Of a DNA stretch of 64,000 nucleotides, positions 12,525 through 26,984 are shown piece by piece (position 1 is the first letter of the stretch; the number at the start of each line of letters is the position of its first letter). The DNA lies in the NCBI RefSeq assembly GCF_026210795.1, contig NC_089430.1:496001-560000 (forward strand). Direction: 5' to 3'. Position numbers and translations under genes: made by a program. The notes beneath the pieces are model-generated. The model ran no database searches and was not told where the DNA came from. It saw only the letters and a list, made by a program, of their open reading frames with translations. Origin of the DNA: Rhizophagus irregularis (taxonomy: Eukaryota).

Positions 12525-13559
12525 GTGCAGATTACGCCATGATGCAATTGATGTAGTTAAAAATAGAAAAAATCCAATAGCTCTGATACGTTAAACATTT
12601 ACTGAGTCATAAATCATAATCATGTAAGATAGAAGTTTATAAATTCTATAAATGCTTTAATAGAATTTCATAAATAATATTTATTGATGATAGTTGTGAA
12701 AGATGTTTTTTTTAACTTTTACATAGCAATTTTGATAGAAAAGTTCTGAAATGACTTTATTTATTTGATTATTATGAAATAAACTGTAAATAACGTGTTA
12801 GGAGGCAAAATTCACTTGTGAACTATGTCCTTACCGCCTTAGCACATTTATATTGTAATAAAGTGAGTGTAAATTAAAAATCCAAACACAAAATTTTATT
12901 TTTTTACTCGTTGACTTAATTCTATACAAATCTGATCAAATGTATGATAAGCAAAATTACCATTTCCGTAAAAATTATAAATTTACAAAATAAATAGGGA
13001 TTTAACACAAATATAAAGGTAACGAATATGACAATATAAAAAATAATAATAATTCAAATACATATGAATCACATAGCGATAATGTGAAGATGCAATAATG
13101 AAAAACTGTTCTAAAAAAAATGTTCTATTTGAGACTAAACAACGCTACAAATTTTTTTTTTTTGTAAAATGTTCTATATAGGTGTTACTTTAAGTGTAAT
13201 TCAAGCAATAAATCTTTTAAACTTTACATATTACATATATATAGTTGGAATGCTAGAAGTTCCCATGGTTTTTGATAAATATATACATATATGATCAGCC
13301 AAATTACTAAAAATACGCAAAATAAACCCTTAAACAAAAAACCTGTTCCTGTTAAAAATACGCATTATAATAGTCTGACTGTTTAAATCCCTTTACTTGC
13401 TTTACCCTATTGTAACATTACTACTAAGATAAATCGTTTGCGGTATAGCGATTTTATCACTACGCTGCAAATTTAGATTTAATGAATATATATTTTTTTT
13501 TAAATTTTGTAATGCATTTCCTTATTAGGATAACACATCCAAAAATTCTAGAACAGTAG

Positions 13560-14600
13560 AACCGCACGTGCAACACGATACGGCTAAAAAAAAACACACA
13601 AACAAAGTAAGAGGGAAGGAAGAGAAGAACGAGAGAGAAAAGAAAGGAATATCGCTATTTAAATAATTTTTGGAGAGTAACATACGAACCTAATTTAAAC
13701 TAATCCTAATCTAAAAAAGACTAACTAACTTTACTCAATAGGAACTAAAATCAAGAGAAGCTCGCGCTAAGCCTAGAAAATTGCAAGTAAACTAGTGTGT
13801 AGGTTGACCTCTTCCCTAACATTTAATCCCCATACTCGAACCCAATTCTATACCACGATCAGAAACCTTCTTTAATTTTTTTCTCAAAAAATTTTATTCT
13901 TGCGAACAAGAGACTTGAGAATAATGTTTTCTATCGTTCGTTCCAAATCTTGGTTACTGCGGATATGACTGATTTCTCGTTTGCTGCCGAATTTGTCCCA
14001 CAGTAAACCCTCTCGTTACCTATTCCCAATACACGTCCTACAAAGCCGAAAAATTATGTGGTGTCCCCAAGGTAGAAGACTAGCGGTTGGCCCTCCATGG
14101 TCATACTCCAATCCAATCTTCTTGAAATCCAATCTTAAAAATTAATCCTTATTTTCGTCATCATTACGCCACGTGATTACTGCGGATATGGTTGTTCCCT
14201 TCCTCGGATAAAATTGTTGCCGCAATTTTGTCCCACAGTAAATCACCTCACTTCTCGACATTCCTATTTCCTCGCTGAATCTTCCGTTACTACTTTTGAA
14301 TTTCTGAGCTAAACTCCACTATCTAAAAGTCAGTTTTCTTTGTATTTTTCCAAGCCTCTGTTATCGACTTCTGACAAACTTTTTGTTGGAGCAACACCTC
14401 GCCCTACTTGGCCCTTTTTGGGTCACTACCGTAAAGGCTGACAGCGAGAAATAACTTTTGGTCGAAAAAATTTGAAAACTACTAACAAACTTACACTAAA
14501 ACTCCTATCAAAATGTTCATAAAGGACTGAATAAACAGTTGGTGATGTTGAAATGCGTAAAATAACGGCTTAGTCGACTTAATTTTACATAGCATCATAT
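13560..14600 (-). mobile_element. Possible degenerate retroelement remnant
   Basis: Higher-GC block with an internal duplicated motif (ttactgcggatatg...tttgtcccacagtaaa near 13955 and 14177) and a broken minus-strand frame (..KIWNER..). No diagnostic domain seen. Confidence 0.3.
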
Positions 14601-15198
14601 GAATAACGAACTACCGATTCGTCTGGTTAATTAATGATTTATTTATATTAAAAGTTTTGTATACTTTATATATAAAAAGTCTTGTTATTCTGTGCCGAAA
14701 AATTCCTTCTGTTTAGAAATGACTACGTTACGTCGTTACGCATCAAACGTGGTGTAACGGTAAAATAAACATAAAAGATCATTTATACTGTATGTTGATG
14801 ATCTTAATTGTTAAGAATGTTATCAAAACTCCGGACAATAACTTATTTATTTCTTCAGAGAATATATCATATTACACACCGATACTGGAGTAACAATAAA
14901 TAAATCGAATTTTCGAAATGGAAATCAAAAAAGAAGAAAAATTTTTACCACAGAATTCTATAATTCATTTCTATATTGGGTTCCATGGATTATGTAACTA
15001 GCAAAATTCAACTAGTCGCAGTCACGTGCATTCTGTTACGCCACTATAATTTGTGATCATTTAGTATGTATGTAACATGATGCAGTCAGTTTCTTACGAA
15101 AATTCTAAAAGTTCTAATAGATTATCTTTAAATAAACTATAAAAATCGCTACGTAATTTTCTTTGTTTTAATAAAATTTCTTAAATAAACACAACATA

Positions 15199-18051
15199 AT
15201 GGAACTTACAAATAAAAATAATTTTGACCCAACACCGAAATTAAAATCTAGTCCCATACCGATTTTATTTCTTCCATTTAATAATGAGAAACTAAGATGT
15301 AATAATTGTGGAAATAAATATTCTACCACATATTTGTATGAACAGAAATATTGCAAACAATGTTTATTATTGTACATTGAAAATATAGCAGACAATACGG
15401 ACAATAACAAATACTTTGATGTAAACATTATGACAATAAATACTCATTGCATTGAACACAAGTCAACAAGAAAGATAACATTTTTTACAAAAAGCATCCA
15501 GGAATGGTGTGTAAATTGCTCAGAAATTTTATATTTTAATAATTACTATGATTACGTTATCAATACTACGACGAAGTGTATTCGTAAAGAAAAGGATTGT
15601 AAATTATGTGAAAAAAAATTTGTTGATAAGAATACCTTTGAGATTAAGTTGTGTTCTAATTGCTACTTAATTTCTTCTGGGTGGACAAAATCAATTCTTA
15701 CTAATAAACCTATTCCAATACTTCATTTACCATGGTGGGATGCTTCCAATAAAAGTAGGGTCTGCAACCATAACCTAAAATTTCTAACCGATTGTAAAAA
15801 ATGGTGTTCATATTGCTTTATAGTTTACGTAGGGTGTAGATATTGTTTGACAACGAATATAATTTTTGGAATTATTGATCAAACTCAATGCAAAAAATGC
15901 AAAAGAATATCAAATATAAATATTGATATCGAAATTATTAGCAGTGGAAATCACGATATAGATGAATTTCTTATTTCTACAAGAACAAATACCGATAATC
16001 ATGATAAGTTTGCTAATTATATGAATAATAGTGATAAAAATTCTAATCCTTTAAACGTATATAATTTTATCGAACATAAGCTTATAAATTTTAATTATAA
16101 ACGAACAATGGAATGGATTCCGTATTCTCAAATTAATAATTTAGAAAAGATAGCAGAAGGGGGATTTGGTATTATTTATAAAGCAATTTGGTTAAATAAA
16201 ACTTCTGTTGCCGTAAAAAGATTTTCAAAATCACATATAATAAACTTTTTAAATGAGGTAATTAATTATAACAATATTTAATTTAATTAGTTGTTGTACA
16301 TTTTATCACTAAATTGAATTTATGACTTTTAGGTGAAATCACTCCATCGATGCTATGATTCAGTTTTTATTGTTAAATATTATGGTATTACGCAAGACCC
16401 TGTAATAAAAGACTACATGTTAATTATGGAATATGCGAGAGGCGGAAATTTACATAGTTATTTACAAAAAAATTTTACAGATATTAAATGGACCACAAAA
16501 TTAGCTGTTTTATGTCAAATTTCAGACGGGTATTTATGTTTATATTAATTATTCTATAAATAATTACGCGAAATGATATTAAAATTTAAATTACTATTCA
16601 TACTAGACTTAAGGCTGTTCATAACGAAAATTTCATACATCGAGATTTTCATAGTGGAAATATATTATCATTAAAAAATGATCACAAAAAATGGGTAATT
16701 GGAGATTTAGGATTATCACAACCAGAAAATAATTCGTCGAATAATGAAATATATGGAGTAATACCTTACGTCGCACCGGAAATATTTCAAGATGCTATGT
16801 TTTCAAAAGAGTCTGACATATATAGCTTGGGTATGATTATGTGGGAATTAACAACAGGTTGTAAGCCCTTTTCTAAAGTTGAACATGATGCTGGACTTGT
16901 TCTTCAAATTATTGATGGTAAAAGACCTGAAATCACAATTGATACTCCTGAGTGTTTCGCTAATTTAATGAAAAGATGTTGGGATTCCAATCTCTTAAAG
17001 AGACCTTCCATAGCAGAAATTAAAGAAACCGTTGATGGTTGGTACAAAAAGCGTAACAAAACTGAAATAATATTTAGTAACGCTGAGGAACAACGAATAG
17101 GATTAATACAATTGAAACAACTTGGACCAAAATTTACAGAAAAACAACATCCTGGCGCTATTTATACTAGTAGGCCTATAAAATCTCTTATTTCTCAAGT
17201 TTCATCTCTTAATTCGTCTTCGACTATTTCGAATCAAGTTTCGAATCAAGGTATGTATTAAAAATTAATTAATGATATATTACTTGAATAGTTTAATAAT
17301 AGATAAAATTTTTATTCTTTACAGTATACACTTCGGAAGAATATAAATTTGATATAGATAATAGTCATGATACTCAAAGGTATTGTAATAAACTTATTTA
17401 ATACAGAAAAAAGATCGTTATCTAACTTCTATTAACAAACTTAGACAAACCATTTCAAGATCTTCGTCTATCAAATCATCATCTGGTATGTACAGTACTA
17501 TTACTTAAAAATATTTCTTGATTTTATATTAAGTTTATCTTTCTATCTTATAGGATATATTTCAAACGATTTAGATTTTGATATAGAAACAAATACTCAA
17601 AGGTATTAAAATGAAACTTATTTGATACAAACAAGATAAATTATCTAACTTTTGATTATAATAAACTTAGATTAACCACGTTTGAATCTATAAGATCTTC
17701 GTCTATCAAATCATCTTCTGGTATGTACAGTACTATTACTTGAAAAAAAAAATTTCTTGATTTCATATTAAGTTTAATGTTTTTCTATTATATAGGATAT
17801 ATTTCAAAAGATTTAGATATAGATATAGAAACAAATACTCAAAGGTACATATATGTTTAAGATTAAATACATTGTTTTATTTTTTTAAATTTTTATTTAA
17901 ATTAAATTTTGTTAATAATAACGATATACTATTTTATTGACATTTTAGGTTATCTACAATAAATATAAATTCAATGTCACATCCAAATGCAATTTATACT
18001 AGTAGACCATTAAGCGCACTTATTTCACATGTAAGGAATAATAGAAATTAA
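15199..18051 (+). CDS. TKL protein kinase with Cys-rich N-terminal domain and micro-exon tail (paralog 1)
   Basis: Exons 15199-16257, 16333-16529 and 16607-17250, then five ~40-55-nt micro-exons and a last exon ending TAA at 18051. Motifs IAEGGFGIIYKA, VAVK, HRDFHSGNIL, IGDLG, PYVAPE, SDIYSLG. Confidence 0.9.
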
Positions 18052-18289
18052 CAAGTAGTAAAATGATTTAACGTAGTAAAATGTATTTTGTAATTATAAA
18101 TAAATACGTTATATTTAAATAAAGTAACCAAGCGTAAAGCGAATAAGTATTAAATTTATTTTATTTTAACTTTATCAATAACCAAAATTGGACGAATATT
18201 CAATTACTGCAAAAAGAAATTAGTCAAAATTAAAATTCAGTAAAAGTTCTTTCTACAAACTTAAACTTATTAGTCAACTGCGCGTATCT

Positions 18290-19100
18290 TCACGAGATCA
18301 CGTGATTGTTTATTGTTTTGTTGTGATACGTTTTTTTATCACCGGTTCTAACCTTACATACATGTCTCATTGTCTCAAGTATCTAGCCCCGCCCATAGTT
18401 TCTTTAAAAAATTGATTTTTGATTTTATTTTTTTCATTCCCTACTCGCTACCCTTTCTTTTTTTTTAAAAAAAAATATTTTCTTCTCATTTTTATAAAAA
18501 AAAAATTTTTTCTATTTTTCTAACTTTATTCATCATCCTCCTTTTCCTAACTTTGTCATCCCTCCTTTTTTAAAAAAAAATTTTTTTATTCCCCTTTTTA
18601 GGTTTCTTTTATTTTATATTTTATTCTTTTTTTTTGTCTTATAGGTTGAATATATTTTTTTTGTTGGTTGATTCTTCTTGTGGGTTAGTTCTTCATGGGT
18701 CAGTTCTTTAAACGTGAGTCAATTATTTTTATGTAGATCAATTTAATATTTTTACGTGAGTTGTTTCTTTTCGTGGGTTAATTCTTTTTCGTTAGTTAAT
18801 TTTTTTCATGGGTTGTTTCTTTTCGTAGATTTTTTTTTGTAGAATGCTTCAGGATTTTTTTCTTTTTTGTAGGTCTTTTTGCTGTTACAAGACTCCAAAC
18901 TTTAGAAATGCCAACTCTTGGAGATTTGGGGAAGTTTTGTTTCTAATTGGGTTAAACATTCTTATGTTTCTTTTTCTTTTTGTTTTTTAGGTTGTTATAT
19001 TCTAGAAGACTTGGATAGGAGAAGTGGTTTATCTATCGGGAAATTCAAAGTTTCTTTTTGTTTTAGTTTGAAAAAACTTTTCATAATATATTTGCATTTT
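18290..19100 (+). repeat. T-rich degenerate TIR-like arm with micro-exon-like segments
   Basis: tcacgtga motif, long polypyrimidine tracts and ttttgtag/ttttag acceptors, resembling the arms at 61531-62400. Confidence 0.35.
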
Positions 19101-19180
19101 ATTTTATTTTTATATTTGTTTAATAAATATTATTTTTTAAAATTAATTATGATATAACTAGCAATAAACTGTAGCTTAAG

Positions 19181-19410
19181 TAGTAAATTTTGCGACCAAA
19201 TTACATTACAAATCATCATGAATTCGGCGTCTTAATCATGTGAATTCCGTGTGAGTTCCATGCAAATTCCGTATCCAATTTGTATTTTTAGTGATACGGA
19301 ATTGTGCATTTTTCCGTATCCTTTTCAACGGACTATTATGGTACGTTATTTCTAAGGAAAAAAATCGTATAAAAAACATTATTAAAAACGTATCCAGTTT
19401 TTTTACAGGT
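19181..19410. repeat. Dispersed repeat (transposon end); inverted copy at 63670-63885
   Basis: gtgatacggaattgtgcatttttccgtatcc..aacgtatccagtttttttacagg is the reverse complement of the 63670-63830 block. Confidence 0.75.
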
Positions 19411-20644
19411 TTTAACAAGAGTTTTTATTTAAAAAAGAGAGGGGGGAGGGGCTAAAAATAGTAAAAAAATAATTTAAAAATTTTGTAAATTATTAAATTT
19501 TAAAAATATGAGAGGGGGAGGAGGAAAAAGTAAAAAAAAAAGAAATCTAATTCCATAGTGGGGGGAATATTATATAAAAATTTTTTTTTATGTATACAGT
19601 AGTAAGAAACCAAATTTTTGAGGGGAAGGAGAAGGGGATTTAAAAAAATTGATAAAATTTTGCTTTTTTTGATATCTATCTAAATTTAAAATTTTTGAGA
19701 GAGGGGGATTTTGTTAGACAGAAAATAAAATTGGTCCGGCCTCATAGCAATACAAATATAAAGGTGACGAATAGTGCAAAAATAATAATAGTAGTAATTC
19801 AATATGTATGTACTACCTAACAATAATACGAGGAAGTAATAATGTAAAGAAACGTTTCGAAAAAAATGTTCGATGTATTTCAATTCGAATTAAAATACTT
19901 GATCATTATAATTAATTAAAAAAAAAAAATAGAAAAAAAACGAACATTAGTATTGAGTTTTTTAAAATTTTAATTCGAATGCAATTCTATTTTATCATAT
20001 AATGATAGATTAATAAATGTAAAACAAGAACGTAAAAAAAAAAATATAGTTAAATCGTTTGTGGTATAACGACTTCATCGCTACTCCACAAATTTTGATT
20101 ACTGTAATTAGATGTAGTAAAATTTTTGAAAATATTTCGATTCATTTGTAGTATAATATATTCACCACTACACTACAATTTCGAATGTTCTGATTATTTC
20201 AATTCATAAATTAGATAACTTGTATTTAATCGAGTATTTGAAAATTTTCGAATTCGAGCAAAAATTGATCTTTTCCTCTGGCAATCACGATACAACAAAT
20301 TAACGAATGTGATGTAACAAAATGATATATATATACTGTACGTGCAATTAATCGTTTTGACATCGCCACTTGCAAATTTTTTAATTATTTATAACTTATT
20401 CATGTCACACCAAAATTTTGCATAAAAAAATTCCTAACTTAAATTATTGACAATTTCTTCGTAGAATAGAACGTATTACACACTGACACTGGTGCAGCAG
20501 TAATAAAACCGAATTCTAGAAGGCAAAAGAAAATTGTACGCTGATCTAATCCGAATAAGTTATAGCATAACGATGACTATTTATGGGATAAACTTTTTTT
20601 ATCTCCCTGAATGATCCTTTGTATATTTTCCATTTCAACTAAAT

Positions 20645-20731
20645 CCCTATAAAAAATTTTCAGGGCAAAATTCCGATAAATGATCGTTTTTCTAGTTTTC
20701 ATTCTCAATTTTATAAAAATTTTTTATAGGG
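20645..20731. mobile_element. Very small MITE
   Basis: ccctataaaaaatttt ... aaaatttttttataggg; absent from the paralogous site near 32330. Confidence 0.55.
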
Positions 20732-21374
20732 GCGTGCGTCCTGCTACAGTATTCCGTAACACAAATATTCTCAAGAAACAATTTTTTTAAAAATAAATAA
20801 AATTAAAAAGAACTAAGTTTTAATAGATGCATAAAATATCATATTAAAATGATTTATTTTTATCAATAAAGTTTAAAATGATATTATTTTACATGAAATG
20901 ATTATTCGTATATAAATTATAAATATCAAACTATCTAATTTTCATTGTTTTATTAAAGTTCCTTAAATATAACATCATGAATGAAGACTTAACGCCAAAA
21001 TTTTGAGTTTTTTTTTCTACACAAACAATTTATTCTGTATGCATTAACGTGTGACAACTGACAAGCGGGTACGCCACAAATGTAAATACATTGTGCGACA
21101 AGTCTGGCATACAAGACAAAGGACAAAGAAGATAATGTCACCAGGAGGGTCAAGTCCGATTCTTTTGCATTTCAGATAGTCGTAGTCACATGCATTCGGT
21201 TTACAATTTTTGTGGCTTAAAAACTGTTATCGTGACGATGCAGCCTCTTGAAAGTATATTAGTTTTTTGTTAAAAGAAAAAAGGAAATTCTTAAAGTCCC
21301 AATAGATGTATGATTATCTGTAAATAAACTGTATCACTATTTAATCTTCATTAATTTGTTAAAGTTTCTTTGTA

Positions 21375-21710
21375 ATGGAACTTACAAATGAAAATTATTG
21401 TTAGTTTCCGTAATAATCGTAAAGGTTTGTATAACAATTAATATGTATCACGTGAAATGTATAGTAACTATTAAAGTGATCGACAAGCAAATTAGTGTAA
21501 CTTTGTATAAACTCATTCTCCTGTTTTGGAAATTTGGGTAACGGCATGTGACATAACGCGAAAATTGACCCGGCATTATTGAATTAAGAAGAAATTTCGA
21601 AATTAAAGTAAATTAGAGTTGCAATCCAGGTTGTAATCTGAAAATGCCGTAATTATTACTGACGGCAACCAACTTTAATGAAAATAAATTTGACTCAACG
21701 CCAAACAGAA
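21375..21710 (+). pseudogene. 5' stub of a Cys-rich kinase paralog, disrupted by an insertion
   Basis: atggaacttacaaatgaaaat ... aaatttgactcaacgccaaa matches the starts at 15199 and 32894. Confidence 0.7.
21396..21676. mobile_element. Degenerate MULE-like MITE inserted near the start of the kinase stub
   Basis: 9-bp TSD aatgaaaat (21387-21395, 21677-21685); imperfect TIR gttagtttccgtaataat / attattactgacggcaaccaac. Confidence 0.55.
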
Positions 21711-21978
21711 AATGTAACACATAAAAACACTTCTACGACAAATCATGATTTTGTATTTTGCTAACGACGTTAGAATGATGAAAGACTTAAAAAATTCAAT
21801 ATTTATTATGGATTACATACTAAATCGCAAGACAAACTATTTGGAAAAGATGGCCAAAAATAATTTTATATATCACATAACATTAGAAAATTATACTGGT
21901 AAGTGTAATTCTTTATTAATATGTGAATTTTATATAATTTTGTGTCTTTGATCGTCAATACTTTCTTTTTTACAGTAT

Positions 21979-22512
21979 TGTAGCGAACGATCGATCACGT
22001 GACCAAAATTTGGGCCTAATCACGAGGTGACGATCAATGTTCGAAATGTTGCATATGTTGCATATATGTAACATATCAAATATATGCAACATATCAAATA
22101 TTTCAACATATCAAATATATGCAACATATCAAATATGTTTAATTTATTTAATATATTCAATATATGCAATATGTTAGATATTTTTAGTCTAGTATTTTTA
22201 CATATATATAGACCTGTAATTAGACCTGTAGTTGAATGAAGTTCAGTAGAAGAGTTTTCTTAATAAAAATGGTTCTAATGATTATATTAAATAAACTGTT
22301 GTTTGAATTTAACGAAATATAAATTTGTTATCCTTTATTCGTGTTGGGAGTATATGCCGACGTACAGTGCTATACTACACGTCTGATTGGATTGTTTATT
22401 AAGTGTTTATACATATAGTTTATTTATTGATTATACCCGCCTACCTATATACCTTCTGCTTACCCTTTTCCATTTGTTTACGTTTGTAAACGCTAAAGAA
22501 CTGGCTATAACA
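21979..22512 (+). mobile_element. Probable solo LTR
   Basis: TG...CA ends, 4-bp TSD gtat, internal tandem caacatatcaaatatatg repeats, TATA-like and AATAAA motifs. Confidence 0.5.
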
Positions 22513-22906
22513 GTATTGCCACATTGTGCCTTCAGAAGAAAAGCCTTCGAATCTTCTAATATTCTTTAATTTTAAAATTTTCTTACAATACTTACCACAG
22601 TTGTATTATTTTATTTAAATACTAACAGCTAATTAATATTATAAATTACGCCAGTGAAAACTTTAAATTTTATTAAATCATAAAAAATTGATTTTATTTA
22701 TTTTATTATAAAAAAATTATTTGCTCAATTACAAACTGATTTATTTATGTAAATGAAAGTTTACATATACTCTATAATCAGTGTTGAACAAAACAATATA
22801 TTTATTATCATTTATTCTAAAAGCTTTAAATTTCCTTGAAAAAAAATTTAATTTTAACTCATTTCATTTTTTTTTTAAAAAAAATATAAAATGCAATGAT
22901 AAAATA

Positions 22907-25900
22907 TCATATTTCACAATCCGAACATTCATCAGAATAATTATAATAGTATTTTGATAGATTTTTTGTATAAGGATTAAGTAATTGAGATGTATAAAAA
23001 GCTTGTGGATGATGAGTTACTGATTGTTTTTTTTCCTCTAAAATTAAGAAATTTGATTCTTTATATTCATCTGCTTTTTTGAATTGCTTTTCAATATCAT
23101 AATGTTGTTGTTCTTTTTCTAAATATAAATCTGATTCCGGAACATATGAATCATAAAATAACGAAAACAATTCATATATTTCAGTTGCTTTTGGCCTATT
23201 ATCTGGATTTGAATTCCAACACCTTTTCATTAAATCAATATAACACTCTGGTGCTTCTTGATCATTTATATTAGGTCTGCTTTCATCTTTACAGATATCT
23301 AATGCCAAAGCTTCATCATGTGCTCGATTGGCAAAAGGTTGTCTTCCTGTTGCTACAAAATACATAATCATACCAAAACTATATATATCTGCTGCTTGAG
23401 TATAAGGGTTTCCTCTTAAAACTTCAGGAGCTACATATGGCATAACTCCATAAATATCCGATTTATCTATTTTATCAACTTTTCCACATAATCCCATATC
23501 CGATATAACCATTGAAATAGTTTTATCTAAAGAATTGGACATTGATAATATATTTCCTGTATGAAAGTCACGATGAACCATTTTATTTTCATGAATTCCT
23601 TTAAGGCCACTAATGATAAAACGTAATACATTTATATTATATGACCAATCAAATTTTTTGTAATGCTTATTTACCCAATGACATAAATTTCCACCTTCTG
23701 CATAATCAAGAACCATAATATAATCTTTTGTATCAGTATTTTGGGATATTCCATATACTGAAAGAATTTCATTTAATTCATAAATAGAATATTCTTTAAT
23801 CTATTAAAAGTTAAACCACTAATTACTTTTAATATATTTAAAAAGTTTTAAGATAGGAAAATCTCATCATACCTCATTTAAAAATTTAACAGTAATATTT
23901 TGTGAATCATATAATTGTTTTAAAGCAATTTTTTTCTTATCTCTTACATATTCACATCCATTATAAGATAATGGTCCATCTTTCCATGTTGCTGAATATA
24001 TTGTAGCAAAACCACCTTTACCTATTTCTTTAATATTACTAAATTGATTGTATGGTATCCATTCAAATATTATATCTTTTGAATTATCAGTTTCCGATTG
24101 CATTTCTTGAATTAATTTGTCAATTCTTTTATTTCCACTAGTTCCGTATATTAAGTTTTTAATATTCTTTAACTGGCATGGTTTACACCACTTATTAAAT
24201 AAAAATGATGTATATTTTTCATCACATTGTTCACAATACTCATTTTCAAAAACTATAATATAATCTTTTGTATTAGGATCTTGAGATATTCCATATTTTT
24301 TTATAATTGAACCTTTTTCAACCTATTAAGTATTAACGTTAATATTAAAAATTAATCATTAAAAAATAAATCGCGTTATTAAAAATCAAATCTATAGAAA
24401 ATTACTGTACCTCATCAATAATATTTTGTGAATACATTAAAGAAACTTTTAATTTTAATCTTCTTTTCTGATCTTTTTCATAAAGATTATCATAATATAA
24501 AAAGTCATTATTCCATATTACTGAATATATGTTATCATCACTATTTATCTTTTTAATATTAATAAATTGATTGTATGGTATCCATTCAAATGTTCTATTA
24601 TTATCTATTCTATTAACTTCTAATTGCATTTTTTGGATCAAGTTATCAATTTCATCATTTTCGCTAGTCCAGTTTGCAAAGTTTAATTTTAAATCATTTT
24701 CTAAACATTCTATACATCCATATTTAAGATTATACATAAAACATTCTACACCACACCTTTCACAAAAACATTTACTTGTAATAACAATAATATAATGTTT
24801 TGTATCTTGATTTTGAGATATTCCATATATTGAACTATCACTTTCTGATAAATATTCTTCAACCTATAAGAATAAAAAAATCAAGTATACATTATTATTT
24901 CAAAAAATAAATAAATAAATAAATAAATAAATATTTGTTAGAAATTCCATACCTCATCTGTAAATTCATCAATACTTTGTAAATCATATAATTTTAAATA
25001 AACTTTCTTATTTGATTCTCTTGTCCATTTCTTATCATAATAAAGTAATGGACCATCTTTCCATATTGCTGAATATATTGTAGTAAAATCATCTTTATCT
25101 ATTTCTTTAATTTTAATAAACTGATTATATGGTATAAACTCAAGTATTGTATCATTAAGATCACTAATTTTCAATTGTATTTTTTGAATTAAATTATCAA
25201 TTTTTTTATTTCCACTGGTCAAATTTTTAAAAAATAATTTCAAATAATTCATGTGACATAATCTACACCAATTAGAATTTGTATTTATGTAATTTTCATC
25301 ACACTTATTGCATTTTTCATTATATTCGTTTTGAAGAATCATAATAAAATCTTTTGTACTTGGATTTTGTGAAATTCCAAAAATTTTACCATGATACTTT
25401 TTAACCTATTAAGAATTCGTAATTAATTATTAATATAATAAAAACACTATTAAAATTATAAAGAAAACATCAGAAACTTCGTACCTCATTTAAAAATTCA
25501 TTATTAGTAATATTTTGGAAATTATATAATTTTAAAGCAACTTTTATATTACGCTGATTTCTCATATACTCATTTTTTATTTTATCATAATTTAATGGAC
25601 CATCCTTCCATATTGCCAAATATTCTTTAGTAAAAATATCTTCTTTAATATCATTTAACTGATTGTAAGGTATCCATTCGAATACTATATCTTGATTTTT
25701 ATTAATTTCTAATTGCATTTCTTGAATTAAATTATCAATCATTTCATTTCCACTGGTCCAGTTCATAAAATTTTGTTTTAAATTATTTATTTGACACATT
25801 TTACACCACTCATCACTTGCATCATCTTTACATTTATATTGTTCATTACATCTTTTACAATATAAAATCGGAAAAACCATAAGATAGTCTTCCGTATCTG

Positions 25901-26984
25901 GATTTTGGGATATTCCATATATATTAAGATGTTCCTCAACTTTAATCTATTAAATCAAAAAAAAAATTAATAAAGAACTATAGTTACAAATAAATTTATA
26001 TCTATAAATTCATACCTTATTTAGAAATTTAGTAATATATTGTGAATTATATAAATATTTTAAATTAACCCTTTTATTTGATTTTCTCGTCCATTCTCCA
26101 TCACTATAATATAATGGGCCATTCTTCCACGTTGCAGAATATATTATATCCAAATCAATTTTACTTATTTCTTGAGTATTATCTAACTGATCATATGGTA
26201 TCCATTCAAACACTAGTTCTGATTCATAATTGATTTTTAATTGCATTTCTTGAATTATATTATCAATTATTTCATTTCCACTGATGGCCAAATTTTTATT
26301 AAAGTAATATATTTGACATGATTCACACCATTTTTTAATTATATTTGTATACTTTTTACCACATGTTTTACAATATATTTCTTGAAAAACGATGATATAA
26401 TCTTTTGTATTTGGACATTGAGATATTCCATACATTCTAAGAACTTCACCAATATATGTTATAGAATATTTTTTATCCTAATAGAAAAAAAAATTATGTT
26501 AATTATTACAAAGGAAATGAAAATTAAATTCATAAAGAAGTTTTATTGTTACCTGATCAATAAAAAATTCATTAATGATATTTTGTAAATTAAATAATTT
26601 TAAAGCAACTTTTTTATCCTGTTGATTTCTTGTATATTCATTTTTATATTTATCATAATATAAAGGACCATCTTTCCATATTGCTGAATATATTTTATCA
26701 AAACCTTCTTCGTTATCAAAATCTTCTTTATTACCTAAATTTGTAATATCAATAAATTGATCATATGGTATCCATTCAAATATCATATCATCAAATTCAT
26801 TAATTTCTAATTGAAATTCTTGAATTAAATTATCAATTTTTTCATTTCCACTGGTCCAATTTGTAAAATTTTGTTTTAAATTATTGATTTGACATGATTT
26901 ACACCAATTATACTTTATATCATATTTACTAGTATATTTTTCGTCACATTCCTTACACTGATCGTTATCGTCTTGATATAACAT
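22907..26984 (-). CDS. TKL kinase with five extra tandem Cys-finger/N-lobe repeats, 7 exons, ~1201 aa
   Basis: Exons 26984-26553, 26477-26016, 25946-25485, 25405-24953, 24863-24411, 24322-23873 and 23800-22907, all phase 0 and GT-AG. The final kinase has GKGGF, IALK, HRDFHTGN, SDMG and PYVAPE. Confidence 0.9.
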
